A DNA stretch of 64,000 bases from Mobula hypostoma. Its lineage: Eukaryota. Positions 63,098 to 64,000 of this stretch are shown here, piece by piece. Below the pieces are notes generated by a model, which had not been told where the DNA came from, searched no databases, and saw nothing but the letters and a program-made list of their open reading frames with translations. Location: the NCBI RefSeq assembly GCF_963921235.1, contig NC_086097.1, positions 33,730,001 through 33,794,000 of the forward strand, read 5' to 3'. The translations under genes and the position numbers were made by a program. The number at the start of each line of letters is the position of its first letter. Position 1 is the stretch's first letter.

Positions 63098-64000
63098 CCC
63101 TTCTCCCATCTTCAGCCCTCCTCCTCTTCATGGACACCCCACTCTGGTCTTCTGCCTGCTCTGGATCTCTTTATTGCTAACTGCCGACGGGACATCAACC
63201 GTCTCGACTTCACCACACCTTGTTCCCATTCCAACCTTACTCCTTCCGAACACTCTGCTCTCCACCCTCCGCACTAATCCTAACCTTACTATAAAACCCA
63301 CTGATAAGGGGGTGCTGTTGTAGTCTGGCGTACTGACCTCTACCTTGCCGAGGCACAGCGACAACTCGCGGATACCTCCTCTTATTTACCTCTTGATCAT
63401 GACCCCACTAAGGAGCACCAGGCCATTGTCTCCCATACCATCACCAACTTTATCCGCTCAGGGGATCTCCCATCCACTGCTACCAACCTTATAGTTCACA
63501 CACCCCGCACTTCCCGTTTCTACCTCCTACCCAAGATCCACAAACCTGCCTGCCCAGGTAGACCCATTGTCTCAGCTTGCTCCTGCCCCACCGAACTTAT
63601 TTCTGCATACCTCAACACTGTTTTATCCCCCCTTGTTCAATCCCTTCCCACCTATGTTTGTGACACTTCTCACACTCTGAATCTTTTCAATGATTTTAAG
63701 TTCCCTGGGCCCCACCACTTTATTTTCACCATGGATGTCCAGTCCCTATATACTTCCATCCCCCATCAGGAAGGTCTCAAAGCTCTCCGCTTCTTTTTGG
63801 ATTCCAGACCTAATCAGTTCCCCTCTACCACCACTCTGCTCCATCTAGCGGAATTAGTCCTTACTCTTAATAATTTCTCCTTTGGCTCCTCCCACTTCCT
63901 CCAAACTAAAGGTGTAGCTATGGGCACCCGTATGGGTCCTAGCTATGCCTGCCTTTTTGTTGGCTTTGTGGAACAATCCATGTTCCAAGCCTATACTGGT
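63098..64000 (+). mobile_element. Penelope-like element RT region, 5'-truncated, runs off the right edge; inserted in a CR1 fragment (~63020-63085)
   Basis: Hand translation FYLLPKIHKPACPGRPIVS..FTMDVQSLYTSIPHQEGL..FLQTKGVAMGTRMGPSYACLFVGFVEQ; this frame is open to the window end. Confidence 0.93.

Noticed and set aside
58054..64000. Further upstream RIN3 exon (VPS9 core, DDFLPVL..EYMMEL)
   Set aside because: Motif not found on the minus strand; presumably lies beyond the window.

Overview
Vertebrate genomic DNA, most likely a cartilaginous fish (inferred from the repeat content: HE1/V-SINE-like SINEs, many CR1 LINEs, Neptune-type Penelope elements, Rex1/Babar LINEs). Most of the window is decayed and often nested transposable elements. 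The only host gene I can support is the 3' end of RIN3 on the minus strand: a 164-bp exon at 58053-57890 (end of the VPS9 region) spliced across a ~9.1-kb intron to the terminal exon at 48767-48456 (Ras-association domain and stop). Notable structure not shown by the ORF track: (1) a probable ~6.75-kb inversion (~6580-13340), reconstructed from a Tc1 element and a CR1 element that are each split into opposite-strand halves; (2) about ten minimal hammerhead-ribozyme motifs carried on Penelope 3' ends; (3) two solo LTRs with exact target-site duplications (TSDs); (4) a Tigger4/Zombi-like pogo transposon; (5) Penelope insertions with long TSDs, inverted termini and junction duplications. I found no CRISPR, rRNA, true tRNA or prokaryotic system, and no clearly new biological system. 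TE boundaries are approximate (about +/-20 bp) unless a TSD or TIR is quoted. Family names come from recalled motifs, not from database searches.
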